The translations under genes were made by a program, and so were the position numbers. A stretch of DNA of 64,000 nucleotides from assembly GCA_000708835.1 (NCBI GenBank), contig DF237114.1:99624-163623 (forward strand), read 5' to 3'. The DNA is from Klebsormidium nitens (Eukaryota > Plantae > Klebsormidiophyceae). Shown here piece by piece: positions 9,973-22,872 of the stretch. Below the pieces are notes generated by a model. It was not told the origin of the DNA. It worked only from the letters and a program-made list of their open reading frames with translations, and ran no database searches. Numbering within the stretch: the first letter of the stretch is position 1; each line of letters starts with the position of its first letter.

Positions 9973-12610
9973 TCAAACGCCGGACCAACCACTTGCGGCT
10001 TTTGTAAACGCCTCGTTGATCCCCTTCGCATCCTTTGCATATATGTACACTTTGCTCATCTTGTTCTCCTCGAAGAAAAAGATGTACCCGAGATCTGTTT
10101 CGTACGTCTTGCCAGTCGCGCGCACCTGCAGACAAGGAGCAGCAGACCTCTCGGATGAGTAGAGTAGTTGTGAAACCAACACTCTCCATTTGGATTTTCA
10201 GGATCGACGTTCTCTAGAACAAGTTTGATGACACTTTTGAATGCAGATCGTGCCCAGGAAGAACCTCCACCAGTTTCCGTTACTCTAATCACGGTTCCGA
10301 TGCGTTGGAGGTTGCAGTTAGATAACCAAACGAGTCCTGGAGATTTCCGCAAAGCTTGAAGCGTTACAAAGAGCAGAGATACACGTCACTCGATAATAGT
10401 AACAATCCATTCCTATACTATTATAAGCCTATCCGTCAGCAAGTGTGTGACATCCGATGCGGCAGATCGGCATAGACAACAGTGACTATCTTGACTACCC
10501 GGTAGAGGGTAGTCAAGATGGGGTGCAATGAGAGTTCGACAGGAGATAGCGATAGCGACCCGCTCTGGGGCAGTCGCAAACTTTATCGTGCCAACAAAGC
10601 AGTTGCTATTTTGGAAAAAAGCAGCGGTGAAACTTGTCAGGCAGGGGTGAAGCGAGCATGTCTGCTTGAAAGCCGCTTTGAAGCTGCCTTGAACTTCGAA
10701 AAAGCAAGGTCCAGACATCTCGGGTGCAAACAGGAGGAGAAGAGCGTCACAAACTAAGTGCGTTCAGAACCAACTTCCTGATGGCGGCCTGTTGGCACCG
10801 TCAGAACTAAAAATAGTTGAAAGGAAAAGACTCTGCGTCCTTGACGGCCCTATAGATTCTCACATGCAATCTGCAATGGCTCACTGCGGGTCTCGAAATA
10901 GGCTTGAACTTTGCAAAAGTGGCAACGACTCGTTCGGTTGCTAACCGCAATCTCTGGTGTCAAGGAAAGGTGACGTAACATAAAAAATCCGACCGAGCCG
11001 ACCACCGCTTAACTTACCAAAGCTTTCTCGAAGCCTTGGCAGGATACCCTATGCCCGTACACACTCACATGGTCCTGCATCAAAGCACGATGACTTAGTC
11101 AGCCGGACATTTTCGCAAGCTTCAAATATCCAGCATCACACAAGCCCTCCGCAGCGCTCGTACACGAAGTCGCCTTCCAGAGCTCCCCAGAACCCGCCTG
11201 AGCTGACCTCAAAAAGTAACCTCGTTGCATTTCAGATTGACTGGCTCAGCGGAACATCTTCTCAAAGCCTTAATAGACATAGTTTGGATTAGGTACACAG
11301 ATTGAAGCCAGTCGCTACAAACAACAATTTTCAACTACGTTTGTTTATTCTCTCCCAGGCAAAAAAGCACCATGTTGAGCTTTCGGGCAAAGGGCTGGAG
11401 CACATTAACGGCAGATAAATCAAGCAGGATGGAACCGAAGACAGGAGATATAAAGGCTGGATGCATGTCCTGGTGAGAACGAGAGCAGCAACACTCGATC
11501 TTCTACTTCAATTTTGGACGACCTGCTTCTTCTTTTTAAAAAGCAGGGGCAGTCTTCTCTACACTCACACTCAAAGGCAGCCTCTTGGATAAGAAGGAAT
11601 TACCAACTGCTCCTGCCAAAGAAACCTGACGAACTCTCCGAACGGCCCCCATGGGGGCCTTTGATAATCACTCCGCATTGATCCATTTTTAGTGGACAAA
11701 CGCTCCCTGCCCAGGAGGGAGCCACGTCACTCCATACCTGGCACGATGAGAGGAGTGAGCGGGCGGAGAGAACTGAGGGGGCAACAAGCCCCCCGTTTGA
11801 AGGGAGGCAAGTGGATCGAGTATGTGGTCCTCACCCAGTCCATCTTCGCCTCCTTGACGTCCAACAGCTTTTGGATGCGTTGCAGGTGCTTCAGCGTGGC
11901 CTTTCTCCCTTGCTTAGTCCCAAACAGGGGCGCCTGCCAGAAAGAGAAAGACAGATGTTCAGAGATGTTCAGAGATGTTCAAAGTCCTAATATCCCAGGA
12001 AGAACACTGCAATCAGGACGGATGAAAGGAGCAAGCAGACTCCCAGCAAGCCCTTGCAAGCCCCCTTGGCTGTTATCCAAGGGATAGACAGTTGACTTCA
12101 GAATGTAGAAGGGTCCTTGAACGCTGGCCAGAAGTCCGCGTTGGCCCTTCCATATATGGTCAGTCAACAACGGGGAAACAAGGAACCACCTCTACAATCA
12201 ATCTGTTTAAGGCGACACAAATACCCAGCACCGCAGGCCCTTAAAAGGGAGTGACCCTGAATAAGTCATAACCAGGCTACTAATTCTGCAGCCCAGACTT
12301 TCAACAGCGACAAACCTAAACCTCAAGACCTTGAGAGGAACGACACCCTTCCCTCAGGACCTTGAAAAGCGCGCCTGCATTTCGCAGCGGCATACGACAA
12401 GTGGCCCGGCAAATGTGCCATAGCTGCAGCTCGTGTACATAAGCGGCTATGCATAAGCGGCCCTGCATAAGCACCAAAAGTGTGAGGCGTCTCTCCAGTT
12501 TTGCAACCGCTCTCACCTCCCCTGCGTTCACTCCACTCGCCGCGTAGTTCCACTCAATGTCCTCGCACATTGCATCCCCTATTGTTTTCCAGTCCCATGA
12601 GCTTAGGGCG
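9973..12610 (-). CDS. SnoaL/NTF2-like (ketosteroid-isomerase-like fold) protein, 5' exon(s) unresolved. Exons 12610-12517, 11933-11835, 11074-11018, 10125-9973
   Basis: In-phase GT-AG exons give ALSSWDWKTIGDAMCEDIEWNYAASGVNAGE|APLFGTKQGRKATLKHLQRIQKLLDVKEAKMDW|DHVSVYGHRVSCQGFEKAL|VRATGKTYETDLGYIFFFEENKMSKVYIYAKDAKGINEAF...*. This matches the bacterial SnoaL-like pattern (DxEW, GxxxGR, GxRVxxxG, VxATGK, F-x-x-K-I). Confidence 0.75.
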
Positions 12611-13149
12611 CTAAAGATTACACATATCAGGCCAACAAGATCTGTGTCTGGTGGCTTTTGACTCGCCCCCTTTTGGCCTTCCGGTAATCTAAGATCGGCC
12701 TTGGCGGCCCCAAGAACAAGGGTCGGCATGAGCTTCAGCGTAAACTATGCCTTTTTATCTAGAAGCAGTAACGAGAGTCTCCAAATGATTCTGACTTGCC
12801 TCGTTCGTGTTCCCTGTGTGTTCACAGCGCCTACTGCTTGTTGTCCCTCGTGACTTATATACTTTTCCTTGGCACCGGTGACTTCGCTTGACGATCTGGT
12901 CTGTACCTTCGACCAACCGCACAAGTTGGTCAGGCACTTGGCCACTTTGAACTTTCTGACGTTGACAAGAGAGAACTGGCCGGCAATACCCCTTGCAGTG
13001 CTCCCTGACCAACACAGGGAAGGCAGTGCGTGATCTGTAGAACCTTGTGGATGGTGGATACAGATCACAAGTGAGCTCCTGAAGGCTTTAAGTTCAAGCT
13101 CAAGCCTCAACTTCAAGGCTGGAGCCTGAGGGCCAGTGAGGCAAGAGGC

Positions 13150-13459
13150 ACAAAGCAGCCGAACTTTTCTTCGGAAAAACGGACGCGGACATCGTACGAT
13201 TTCAATCACCGGGCACATGTTACAGCTACCGGGGAGCCGTTTCAACACTAAAACCCTATGAATATGCCTGCGCCGTTAGTATTAACCCTAATCGTAGTTC
13301 AGTCACAGTAGGGTTGCGCGACCCTAACAAACCGTCACAGGCTTGCCACGTAACCCTAGTGTCACAGGCGATGCCCGGTCGCTCGTCGGCCGTTCGAGGT
13401 CCGATCCCTGACAACCTGCGTCCGCAACATTTTTCCGAAGAAAAGTTCGGCTGCTTTGT
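13150..13459. repeat. Perfect 30-bp inverted repeat with ~250-bp spacer in the divergent promoter region (MITE-like or foldback)
   Basis: 13150-13179 acaaagcagccgaacttttcttcggaaaaa is the reverse complement of 13430-13459. Confidence 0.8.
13251..13358. promoter_or_regulatory. Cluster of telo-box-like motifs upstream of the ribosomal protein gene
   Basis: AAACCCTA at 13251, AACCCTA at 13284 and 13352, TAGGGTT at 13309, ACCCTAA at 13321. Telo boxes are known from plant ribosomal-protein and translation gene promoters. Confidence 0.45.
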
Positions 13460-13868
13460 CCGTTTTGTGCCAGTGAGGCCCAGGGAAGGCAGGTGGAAGG
13501 GGCGCTGCACGGAGAGTTCCGCTTGGTTGGTAAATATGCAAGTCGACGAACGGCGGAAGCAGGTTTGCGACGGAACGCCGTTCAGTACTCGCGAGTGCTG
13601 CAGCCTGCGCTGCCTGCAGGCTGCCGGTTCCGGCGTTCCGCCAGATCGTCTCCGGCCTTGACTCAAGCTGCGCCAGCATGGTGGTTGGCGCAGATTAGAT
13701 TTTGCAAGTTGCACAACTCCTTGGGGCTTGAGCAAAAGAAAATCAGGGAGGAACGATTTTGTCTGAGGTCAGCTTTCCTCGGCCACAAGTATCTTCCGAG
13801 CCTCCCACTCAACGGTCTCTGCATACAGAGGGTCAAAAGGAGCTTCCGTTTCCAACTGGAACGAAAAG

Positions 13869-16566
13869 ATGAGGGGCCGGGGCCTGCAAGAAATGTTCAA
13901 GCGGTGGAAAATCCTGCGGGGAGATAGAGTGAGCCCGTATGCTCTTTGGCATCCGGTCAGGCGTTATGTTGCCCGCATAGTATGCTCTTGTTTACTTGAA
14001 GTGTGCTGACACCTTCTTTTGACGAGGGTGGTTGTCAGAAAAGGGTGGTTGTCAGGGTTCTTAAACGAGGTGAAGCACATTATGGCCACCACTGGCGGAG
14101 GACTGGTGATCTTAATTCCTTCTGAAAGTGGAGAAGCCAATCTGTCGGCAAACAAATCAGTCCGTCGCAGAAAGATGTGTCGCTCTGGACAGTGTGTTTT
14201 TAATCATGTGGTGCTAAGCTTCGCTTATTGGATGCCGATTATGGTTGCAGTGACAATGCTCATCCTTCCCAAGCATGGCAGTTCAGCTTTACTTTGTCTC
14301 GTCCTGCACGGTGGTGGTATGTGATTATAGGAAGTGATTACCTCCAACTCTCACATTTGATGTGTTTCTCAGGTAGGAGACCATAAACAGAGTTTTTAAC
14401 CTGAAACTATTTACCCCTGATGCAGGTGCGCATCATGACGGGGAAAGACAAAGGGCAGCAAGGCACAGTGATCAGAGTTTTCCGAGAGAAGAACCGCGTC
14501 TTGGTCGAAGGGCAGAACCTGGTAAGTCGTTCTAAATACAGGAAGTGTGATGATATTGAGCACCAGTATGTGACTCCTGGGGGCTGTAGAGATCCGCTTA
14601 GGTCCTCAGGGGGTTGGTTTGCAGACACTCTGAGCTGGCCCTAAATATCTGCCAGTGGGCGTTTTAAAGGAAGTCTTCAAAAGCTTCCACTTAAAGCCTT
14701 TTTGGAGAAAACTTATCTGGAGATTCTAAGCTTTCTGGAAATGTTGTTTGGTTTTGGACAATGTTCTGAATGTCTGTGAGCTTTCTCAAGTTGCAGTTTC
14801 AGTGGACATACACGTCCAAGTCGATTTAGCAAGTGCGCAACTGAAGTGCAGATGCTGATGAAGCCCACCCTTGATGTGGGGCACACATTCCTTCACCTGA
14901 TCACAAACTCTGGGCGAGCTTTGTCACCCACAGAGCAAGAGTGTCCTGTGGGGCTTTCAGTATCTGCCCTGGGGTCGCATAAATGCGATCTTGATCTCTA
15001 AAAACGGCCCATTTTGTTTCTTGAATCCGGGCTACGTGGATACCTCCTCGCATGGGGCAACATCGGCCGCACGACTGAAGAGCAGCCACCACTCCGCTGT
15101 AGCTTGCTTGTAAAGAACTCGTTCTCGCTTGACTTGTTTGCAAAATCAGCGTCAAATATATAGCAATCGAGTTTAAGAGTTCTTGTTCCCATACCTGATG
15201 TCTTTGTCAGTATCATTACTCCTCTTTGACTCCATCGCTCAGCCAGTCACTTTGCAGCCTTCTTGGCTTGCATCCAGGCGCAGAACCTCGTTTCCTGTCT
15301 CATCGCCTGGTTCTGTCCGCCCCTTATGCTGACGCTTTTACGCCCTCTCTGCCAGGTTGTAAAGCACATGAAGCCCCAGGAAGGGAGACCGGGGCAGAAG
15401 GTGCTGATCGAGATGCCGGTCCACGTGTCGAATGTACGGTTACTGCATCCGGTCACGGGGTGAGCTTTTCTCGTAGCCTCCGTTTGAATCAAGCCTTTGC
15501 AGCCGTTCCTCAAGTGATCGATTGCTGCGGGGATGCGGTGCTGTGGTAATGAGAGGAAGTTTTGCAACTCGCAGAGATTCCGTGGGCTAAGGCGTGGAGT
15601 TACTGCATGATTTGATTTGTACTTTCGGATGTGCGCAAACGGCATGTCAGTAGTGGTTTCCGGATCAAGCAGTTTCTTACAACACCCCTCAACTGACTCC
15701 GACTGTCCTTCAAGGCTGATTATTCATCTGCTTTCACACCATCAAATTCCGTCCCATGGGAAACGACGCTTCTGACACTTCTTCGTTGTGTTCCAGGGAA
15801 CCATGCGCGGTAACATGGAAGGCTACAAGGGAACCAATTCCCGGCGCAGTTGACGCAGAGAGAAACCAGAAGTTCCGGACGGTTAGGGAGCGAATAGTAG
15901 CATCTGGTGACCGGACCGGAGAAGACATCCTGGTGCCGCGGCCAGCTGGGTTAGCAGATCGGAAAAAACCCAAACCCACGACAGGTCAGCTGCATCCCGG
16001 GAGCTCTGTTCGTTTGGACCATTTTTATGGCTCCTGCACGGCGCGCGATCACCGTTTCATGGTCTTTCCACCCCCCTGGTAACTTTGCTCTGCAATGCTG
16101 TCCACGATCTATGTCGCCCAATCACGTAAAACTGGGGGAGATTTGGAATTGGAGCCCTTCCGGGCTAGAGTATGAGTCGAAAAAGCAGCACAATGCTCAA
16201 GCAAGCCTGTTGTGTCCGCTCACCCGTTCACTTCAGCTATCAGACTCATCTTAAAAGAGATTTTTAATCAACGCTGGCGAAAGTCTCAGCAATGGCAATC
16301 TGATCAAAGAGTGCGTAGATACTTGAGTGACGTTAGCAAACCAACCTTTCCCATGCTTTGCAGCCGGGCTAAAGGACACCCCCCGAGAAGCGGTTCGAGA
16401 GCGGACATTCGATCCTAGTAGTGGCATTGGCGGCTTGCCCCCTTTAGAAGAGCTCCTAGATAAGCTGAATATCAGGCCGCACTTGCGGGAAGGAACCGCT
16501 CAGTATCTAGTGCGGGAGGAACAGCGACGCGGGCAGGAGCGGGAAAGACGGAGAGTGAGTCGATGA
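13869..16566 (+). CDS. MRPL24: Mitochondrial-type 50S ribosomal protein uL24 (KOW), 216 aa. Exons 13869-13928, 14426-14521, 15356-15459, 15797-15984, 16364-16566
   Basis: KRWKILRGDR|VRIMTGKDKGQQGTVIRVFREKNRVLVEGQNL|VVKHMKP...EMPVHVSNVRLLHPVTG...PRP...GLKDTP...TFDP matches the plant mitochondrial L24 pattern. All phases are consistent. Confidence 0.92.
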
Positions 16567-17199
16567 TGGAGAGAACGGAACGAACACACGGATTGGAATC
16601 AGATGTCGTTGTGTAGGGAGCTTGTGGACACTTTTGGATACATGGAAGACGAGAAAGGAAGCACGTTATGAACAGCTATGATCGACCAATTGTGAACCGG
16701 AGCTTGCTGCTCAAGCCTCGTGTTTGTATGTGTTGAAACACCCCAAGATGCTCTGATATGGCGGGCTTGGCAAACACTGCTGCTTAAAGAATGTACCAGG
16801 GCATCGGTATGGGTGCTCATGGCTTAGGTGCTCGGTACTTACTGGGAGTTGTTCTGCATGAATATCCAGAGTTGTGCACACAAATTGTGCATTTGTGAGT
16901 ACCGTACTAGGCCTTTGGGTCACGAATATGGCTGCATCCTGCACCAACAGAGACGTTTGATCCCAAGCTATTGCCGGCCACCATGATGGACTTGCGATAG
17001 TCAAGCTCGCCCTCAATGTACCGTGCAGCTGGCATTTTCTTTCATTTCCAATATCGGGTTCAAGCACTAGGCTGGTGTCCAGCTGAATTGAAACGACATT
17101 CAAAAGCATTCATCAGGTTCATGAATCAGGACGTTTCGTGTGACATGGTGACATGGTGCTTTCTGTTCAATGCATGATGGAAGAACACGGGACATTTAT

Positions 17200-18130
17200 G
17201 GGGCGACTTCGGTACCTAGGTATGGTCCGAAAACTCCCCGGTACGACCCAGGTATTACCTAGTTTTCGCCGGTCCGTCGCCGGTTTTCGGCCAGTTTTGC
17301 GGAGGTTTCAAAACCGCCGGCCGGAGGTCACGGGTAAGAATATTGTGCTAGCACCCAGGTAACACCTAGGAAAATTTCACGAATACCTAGGTATAACCTG
17401 AGGGCCTAGGTATTTTTAGTGCAATAAATAAATATCGTTTATACACCCAAAACCTAACCAGAACACCTTAGGCGGAGTTCTCCTTTGCATGGCAATCAAC
17501 CCTATGGCTGGACAATCGAAAACCCTATTCGGATGGACCCAAAAGTCTTAGGAACTCTCTCCTATATATAGGTTTGTGGAAGCCATTGCGCTTGCTTTTA
17601 AATCTTAGTGTAAAAGCGCCATAGCTCCAAAGTCTCCTCACTCATAAACTTGGCTTCTTCCCCTTCTAATTGAAAGGAGAAGGCCTTGTCCTAAGAGTAG
17701 CCAGCAACGAGCGAACTCAGAAGCTGTCCCCGCAGCGCCCAACGAATCTCCGACGGGGCCCTTTCGGGTCATCTCCGTACGGTACAATTCGAAATTGCCA
17801 TGTGATCACTCCTTGCTTTGACAGCCAATCGACACAAAACTCCGTTGCTGATCGACGGTTGCGATCATTGCATAATTTAGTTCGTACGGCGGTATGGTAC
17901 CATGTTGCAAGGTACCCTTTTTTGGTATACATGGCTAGGTACCGGGGTTCATGCTGGTGCGGCTCGGTGACATGGGTCGAACGGCCAAGTCCGTACCTAG
18001 GTCCTACCTAGGTGAAACCTCGTTCAGACCGGGCGGCCGGAGGTGGAAATTGGTTTGAACCGGTCGGTATTGGGCAGGTTTACCGCCGGAGTACCGCGGT
18101 ATTGCCGCGGTATCCGACCTACCCCCAAGT
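17200..18130. mobile_element. Possible non-autonomous DNA-transposon relic: CCTAGG/GGTACC/CCGG-rich ends with an AT-richer core
   Basis: About 8 ACCTAG/CTAGGT motifs cluster at 17210-17415 and 17930-18015. No ORF, and only weak terminal inverted similarity. Confidence 0.3.
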
Positions 18131-18852
18131 TGCACCCTAAATGTCCCGTGAAAGTCACGGTGCCATTGCTCCGGCCATTGGTCGCATGGCAGCTGGTCGG
18201 GTTATGCATAACGACAACGCTAACGGCACATGTTAACCATGTCCAGAGTCTGACGTGCAGCTGAGGAATAGCACCTTGACACGTTGCACAGGTGCGTACC
18301 GGGCGTTGACCGATGCCATCGGTCCGGTTCATGGACGTGGCGACTCACGTGGAGCGACCGGCCGCACGAGGGACGCCTTCGTCGATGGTTCGAAAAGCTG
18401 CACACGTCGAATGCAGAAGCGCCTGGAGGTGCAGGAACGCGGACCGACGCGTAAAACATAATCGATTTTCGAAAGTGTGCGCTCGTGCTGGAAAAATCTC
18501 GATCTGTGTCGGAGGTCAACAGACAAATTTCAAATTCTAGCAGCTGTGCAGGGCGCCTTCCTAGACCTTGTCGGGCGCGAGGGGTTGCCCTGCACGTAGG
18601 TAGAAGAGCTCGTCAGAAGAGGGTCAAAAGGGCTTTATATCTTGTTCTACATCCGTTTTCCTTCATCGTGTCGGTGGATGTTTGTGGGGGGTGGATAAAA
18701 GCAGCATAGAAGAAGGTTTGCTTGTTTTAGGAGGGGCGACGTCAGCCAGAAGCGAGCAGCGCCAGGTGCATAGCTTTTGCAGTCAATCTTACAGGTATTG
18801 TGTTTGTGAAAAGGTATTCACCTCTTCTTGAGGGTATCTGCATCTTCTAGAT

Positions 18853-21176
18853 ATGGAGGCAACTGCGGCGGGGTCGGCTCTGGCGGGGCACTCTTTAGCG
18901 GGCGGCCTTGCTCTGCAGAGATCCAAGTCTTGCTCCAAGCCCCATGTTGTTGGCACCAGCGCTTCTAGCAGGAGTGTAGTCTTCCCCCATTATAGTGCTC
19001 GCCCCGCATCCTTAGAGGCGAGGCAACTCTCCTCCAAACTTGCATCGTCTAGCACCCTCATTCAGCAGGCCGAAGCATTCCAAATAGGACGGCCCCAAAT
19101 AGGACGGCCCCAAGGAAAGCGCGGAGCAAAGGTCGTTGCTCTCGCGGGAGAATTGGAAGAGGCGTTTGCGGCTAACAAGATTGCACGGGGCTGGTCGACA
19201 GAGCAGCTCGTCTTTCCTGTGGTTGAGGAGAACAGAGCAGACGACAAGTGGCTGCAGAACCCCTTGTTGAGGCTGGAGAGGTTTGGCGTGGGTTGGTTTG
19301 GGATCATTCTTGATTGGGAGGGAGTCCTGGTGGATGAGGATCCAAAGATTGAGAGGCAGGTGTGGGAGGCGCTTGCAGAAGAGGAGGGGCGGTCTCTACC
19401 CCCTGCTTGGCTCTTGAGGAGAGCTGAAGGGATGAAGACAGAGCAGGTGGTTGCGGAGGTGCTTTGCTGGACGCGGGACCCCATGCAGGTGAGTCAAGCT
19501 TCTTGGATGTGTGTTTACGAGCTCTTGAAGCTGCTGAAGAAGGGGAGGAGGGTTGGAGGGTTGGATCCACTTTTGAAGAGCTCTTGAAGATGCTCAGAAG
19601 GCTGGGATGTGACGAGAGAAGGTGTTAAACTTTCTATGATATGCAGAAGGTTTGGGAAGATTGTGGGTCAAATCAAAATGTCTCTGGTTATTTGTGAACT
19701 TATCTTGCTGCAGAGCAGGTCACGGTTGCAAGTTGGTTCGAGTGTCCCCCAAACGTGCAGAGCAATCGGCGATTGCATCCAGTTTTTGCCTGGAAGCCTG
19801 GAAGACACCTGCTACAGCGTCTTTTGGCTCGAAACAGGCTTGAAATCTGGTTTCTGGTCTAGGTTTTGGTGTTGCTTCAGCAGCTACTTCGTTCTCTCTT
19901 GAGGTCGCAGTTTTTCAGAGAAGCATTTCAAATGCAGAAACTGCTGGTTGCTGGACTTGCTTGATGGTACTTCGGTATACATCCATCTACCGTAGTGCGT
20001 CTCTGTCTTCTGGTCTGCAACTTTGTTGCCTGTACACATGTTACACAGCCCATATTTGCGCCTACTTTCACCTCTCGCTTCTTATCTGCTGCATTCTACA
20101 AGAGTCCTGTCCTGCAAACTTCTGATCATACCTCTTCAATTTTGGGGAGGGTGTTTCTACAAGGTCAATGCTGATCATGTTTTATAAGGTCTAACTGCAA
20201 GCATGGAAGCACGCATAATATGTTGTCTTGTTGGTCTTGGTGCAAGTTTGCTGCACTGTAAAGAATATCAATTTCCTTTGGTCGCACCTTATCCATCTCT
20301 TAGGGTTCTACCAGCTCTTCAAGTCACATTCGCCTTCCTAAGGGCTCTCGAGTCTTAGGCTTCTGTGGTATGAGGTTTACCATTTTCCAAGTCTTTGAAG
20401 TGGAACGGATCTGAGCAGACAGATTCCCTTTTTGCACAGATGCTTCTCCTCCTGCCCTGCGTTAAGTGCAATTTATATGTAATGAGTACATGCGCCCAAA
20501 AGGTGACCCTTCGCATCATCTAGGAACGAAACGCTGGCAACAGACGCCCTGGTCTGATAAAATCCTGACTGTTCAGGGGGTGTCCTTCATTGCTGACCTT
20601 GACAATCTTGTTCTGCAGGTCCGACGAATTGCGCGGCGGCAAGAGCACCTTTTCCAAGAGGCTGCCGGGGGCCAGTTCACCCTCATGCCCGGCGTGCGGC
20701 ACTTCCTTGACACCGTCAAGAAGTATGGCGCACCCATGGCGCTCAGCACGACGAGGCCCCGCGAGTACGTCGAGCAGGGCCTCTCGCAACTAGGGCTGCA
20801 AGAGTACTTCGACGCAATCATCGCGCCAGACGATGTCGCCCGGGGAAAGCCTGACCCGGAGATGTACTCTTACGCCGCGCAGGCAATTGGTAGGATACCG
20901 TCAAGGTGTGTTGTGATCGGGAGTGTGAACGCGTGCACGGAGGCGGCGCATGACGCTGGGATGAAGGCGATCTCGGTCGCAAGTAGACACATGGTCTGGG
21001 AGCTGAGCGCGGCAGATTCAGTTGTCCGGAGTTTGTCAGATCTGGACATCAGGGGGCTGAAGTTGATCATCTCTCAGGAGCAGCCGCAGCTGCAACTAGA
21101 GATGGAGATGGAAGAGGAGATGGAGGAGCCAGAGGCGGAGCCCGAGAGCAGGATTGGGTTCAGCGACGACTGGTAG
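18853..21176 (+). CDS. PYRP2: Plastid HAD-family phosphatase, similar to 5-amino-6-(5-phospho-D-ribitylamino)uracil phosphatase (Arabidopsis At4g11570), 397 aa. Exons 18853-19488, 20619-21176
   Basis: Ser/Ala-rich transit-like N-terminus. GWFGIILDWEGVLVDE, LAEEEGRSLPPAWLLRRAEGMKTEQ, LCWTRDPMQ|VRRIARR, STTRPR, RGKPDPEMY and EAAHDAGMK match the recalled At4g11570 sequence. Confidence 0.88.
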
Positions 21177-22120
21177 CAGTAAGACAGGATTGGGGGTGGC
21201 TGGAAGTGCTTGCAAGCTCCTCAGGTGGAGCTTGTCATAACCAGACGGGGATGGTGCTGACTGGTAATGGCAGGGCGTGAGGAAGGAAGGTGGTAAATTG
21301 GTGGTGCTCAGCTTTGTGCGGAGATAGTTGGGGCGCCGGGAATGTGCTAGGGGGATGGATGTCCAGAATCTGAGCTAAGCTGGCTCAAATCTGGCTGGAC
21401 AAAGGACCGTGTTGGTGGAGAACGGGTGGATAGAAGGACTACAGCAGCGGAGAGTCCTTATGTTGTAAGTTAGTGGGAAAAGCTTTCTTGGGGCACCGCA
21501 TGGAGGATTGATCTGCAATAAACGCAGGTTGTCTTTGTGATGTTAGCCGCTTGAATAGTGACCTGCATTGGGAAAAAGCAAGGCAGGTGGCTCATATTTG
21601 CTGAGAGCGTGTTGATTTGCACCGCAGTTACCATTGGCTCCATAGGTCAGATTGTTTGTACATATCGACGGTGCATTAGATAAGACAATTGGCAGGGAAC
21701 ATTCATTGCCAGGTCTGACATGAATCTGCTGGACCTTTGTAAAGATTGTTCTGAATTGCTCTTTGTTATTGTTCATCATCCATGCTGGTTCTTTGAAAAG
21801 GTCTTCTCTTTTTGGATCTACTCATTTGATGTTATACTCCCTTGCAAGATCTGGCCACACAATCCTGCTTTAGATTGCCTTGTTGCTTCATTGCTTGTAA
21901 TTATGAAGGCGCTTTGTCACTTGTTCTGCATGTTGTTGACAATCATTTGTTGCAATGCATGTAGCCCCTTGCATTCAGTGAATATTTTGCAGCTAAGATT
22001 GACACTGAGCTAGCGTGGGTTGACAATCCAGTGGACGGCGCGCAAAATGTTCGCCAAAGAGATACAACTGGAATTCTCGAATCTGTCGGGTGTGCGGAGC
22101 TATAGCTAGAGTAGCACCAT

Positions 22121-22452
22121 CATGTGCCAGCAGCTAGGCTGCATGCAATTCAGGTTGCATGCATGGCTTGTAAGCTAGCTGGCCCAGTGCATTTGAGGAC
22201 GAACATGCTTATATAAACCGCATGTGTACCGTCAGCTATATACACACATTGAACTGCTTATACCATGCACCGCCTGGCAAACGTGACATGGCACGCGCGT
22301 GGCACTGCAACCTTACAGAGTTCCAAGCATGCACTGGTTTGGCATCGAAAAAACCAGTTTTTCTGCAAGCTCTTCATGCATTATGGTAGCAGCCGTGTGC
22401 ACCTAGCCATGTGCTTCAGTGGACCGTCAGTTTCTTGACCTTTGTGAGCATG
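22121..22452. other. CATG/TGCA-dense intergenic block between convergent genes
   Basis: 12 CATG counted in ~330 bp. Confidence 0.7.
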
Positions 22453-22872
22453 TCAGCAGTGCGGCCACCGCCGGGCCCTATACATCGTAAGGGCCGCCCG
22501 TTATGCAACTTCATCGTGATTCATGCGCAATGATGCTAGGACTCTTGAACATTCCAAAGGGCGAGCACTACAGTGTGCAGAAAAGCGTGCCTTACAGCGG
22601 TGCCACAGAACGTACTCTCGCCCACAAGTCCGCAGCCCTCCTTGCTATCAGTCAGCCTGCTGTATACACGACCGTCATGACCGAGCGACCGCCCACTCGC
22701 TCTCGCTCCTAAGGACCGTCCACCTTGTCACCCCTTCCTTACAGCTTCTTCCAGGCAACGTGCAAGTCCTAGGGTCAGCCAATCTCATATGCTCCCACTC
22801 GACACCAGACTTGACTTATATCCTCTAAGAGTGGCAGGTTGCTCGGAATCCACTCCCTTCAGACCCGGGCTT

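Noticed and set aside
11145-11200. GFWGALEGDFVYE segment as a SnoaL exon
   Set aside because: No suitable donor. The 11074-11018 exon has canonical sites and fits the fold pattern exactly.
12745-13735. Minus-strand ORFs as the first SnoaL exon
   Set aside because: No ATG-initiated frame with a convincing phase-2 donor could be identified, so this is left unresolved.
15797-15984. Short insertion in uL24 relative to recalled plant sequences
   Set aside because: Variable loop length is ordinary for organellar ribosomal proteins.
16711-17109. 132-aa minus-strand ORF containing PSWWP
   Set aside because: No ATG-supported gene structure or other motif, and it lies just downstream of the uL24 stop. 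Probably spurious.
19082-19114. 15-nt duplication (QIGRP x2) in PYRP2
   Set aside because: It lies in the unconstrained transit-peptide region and is unremarkable.
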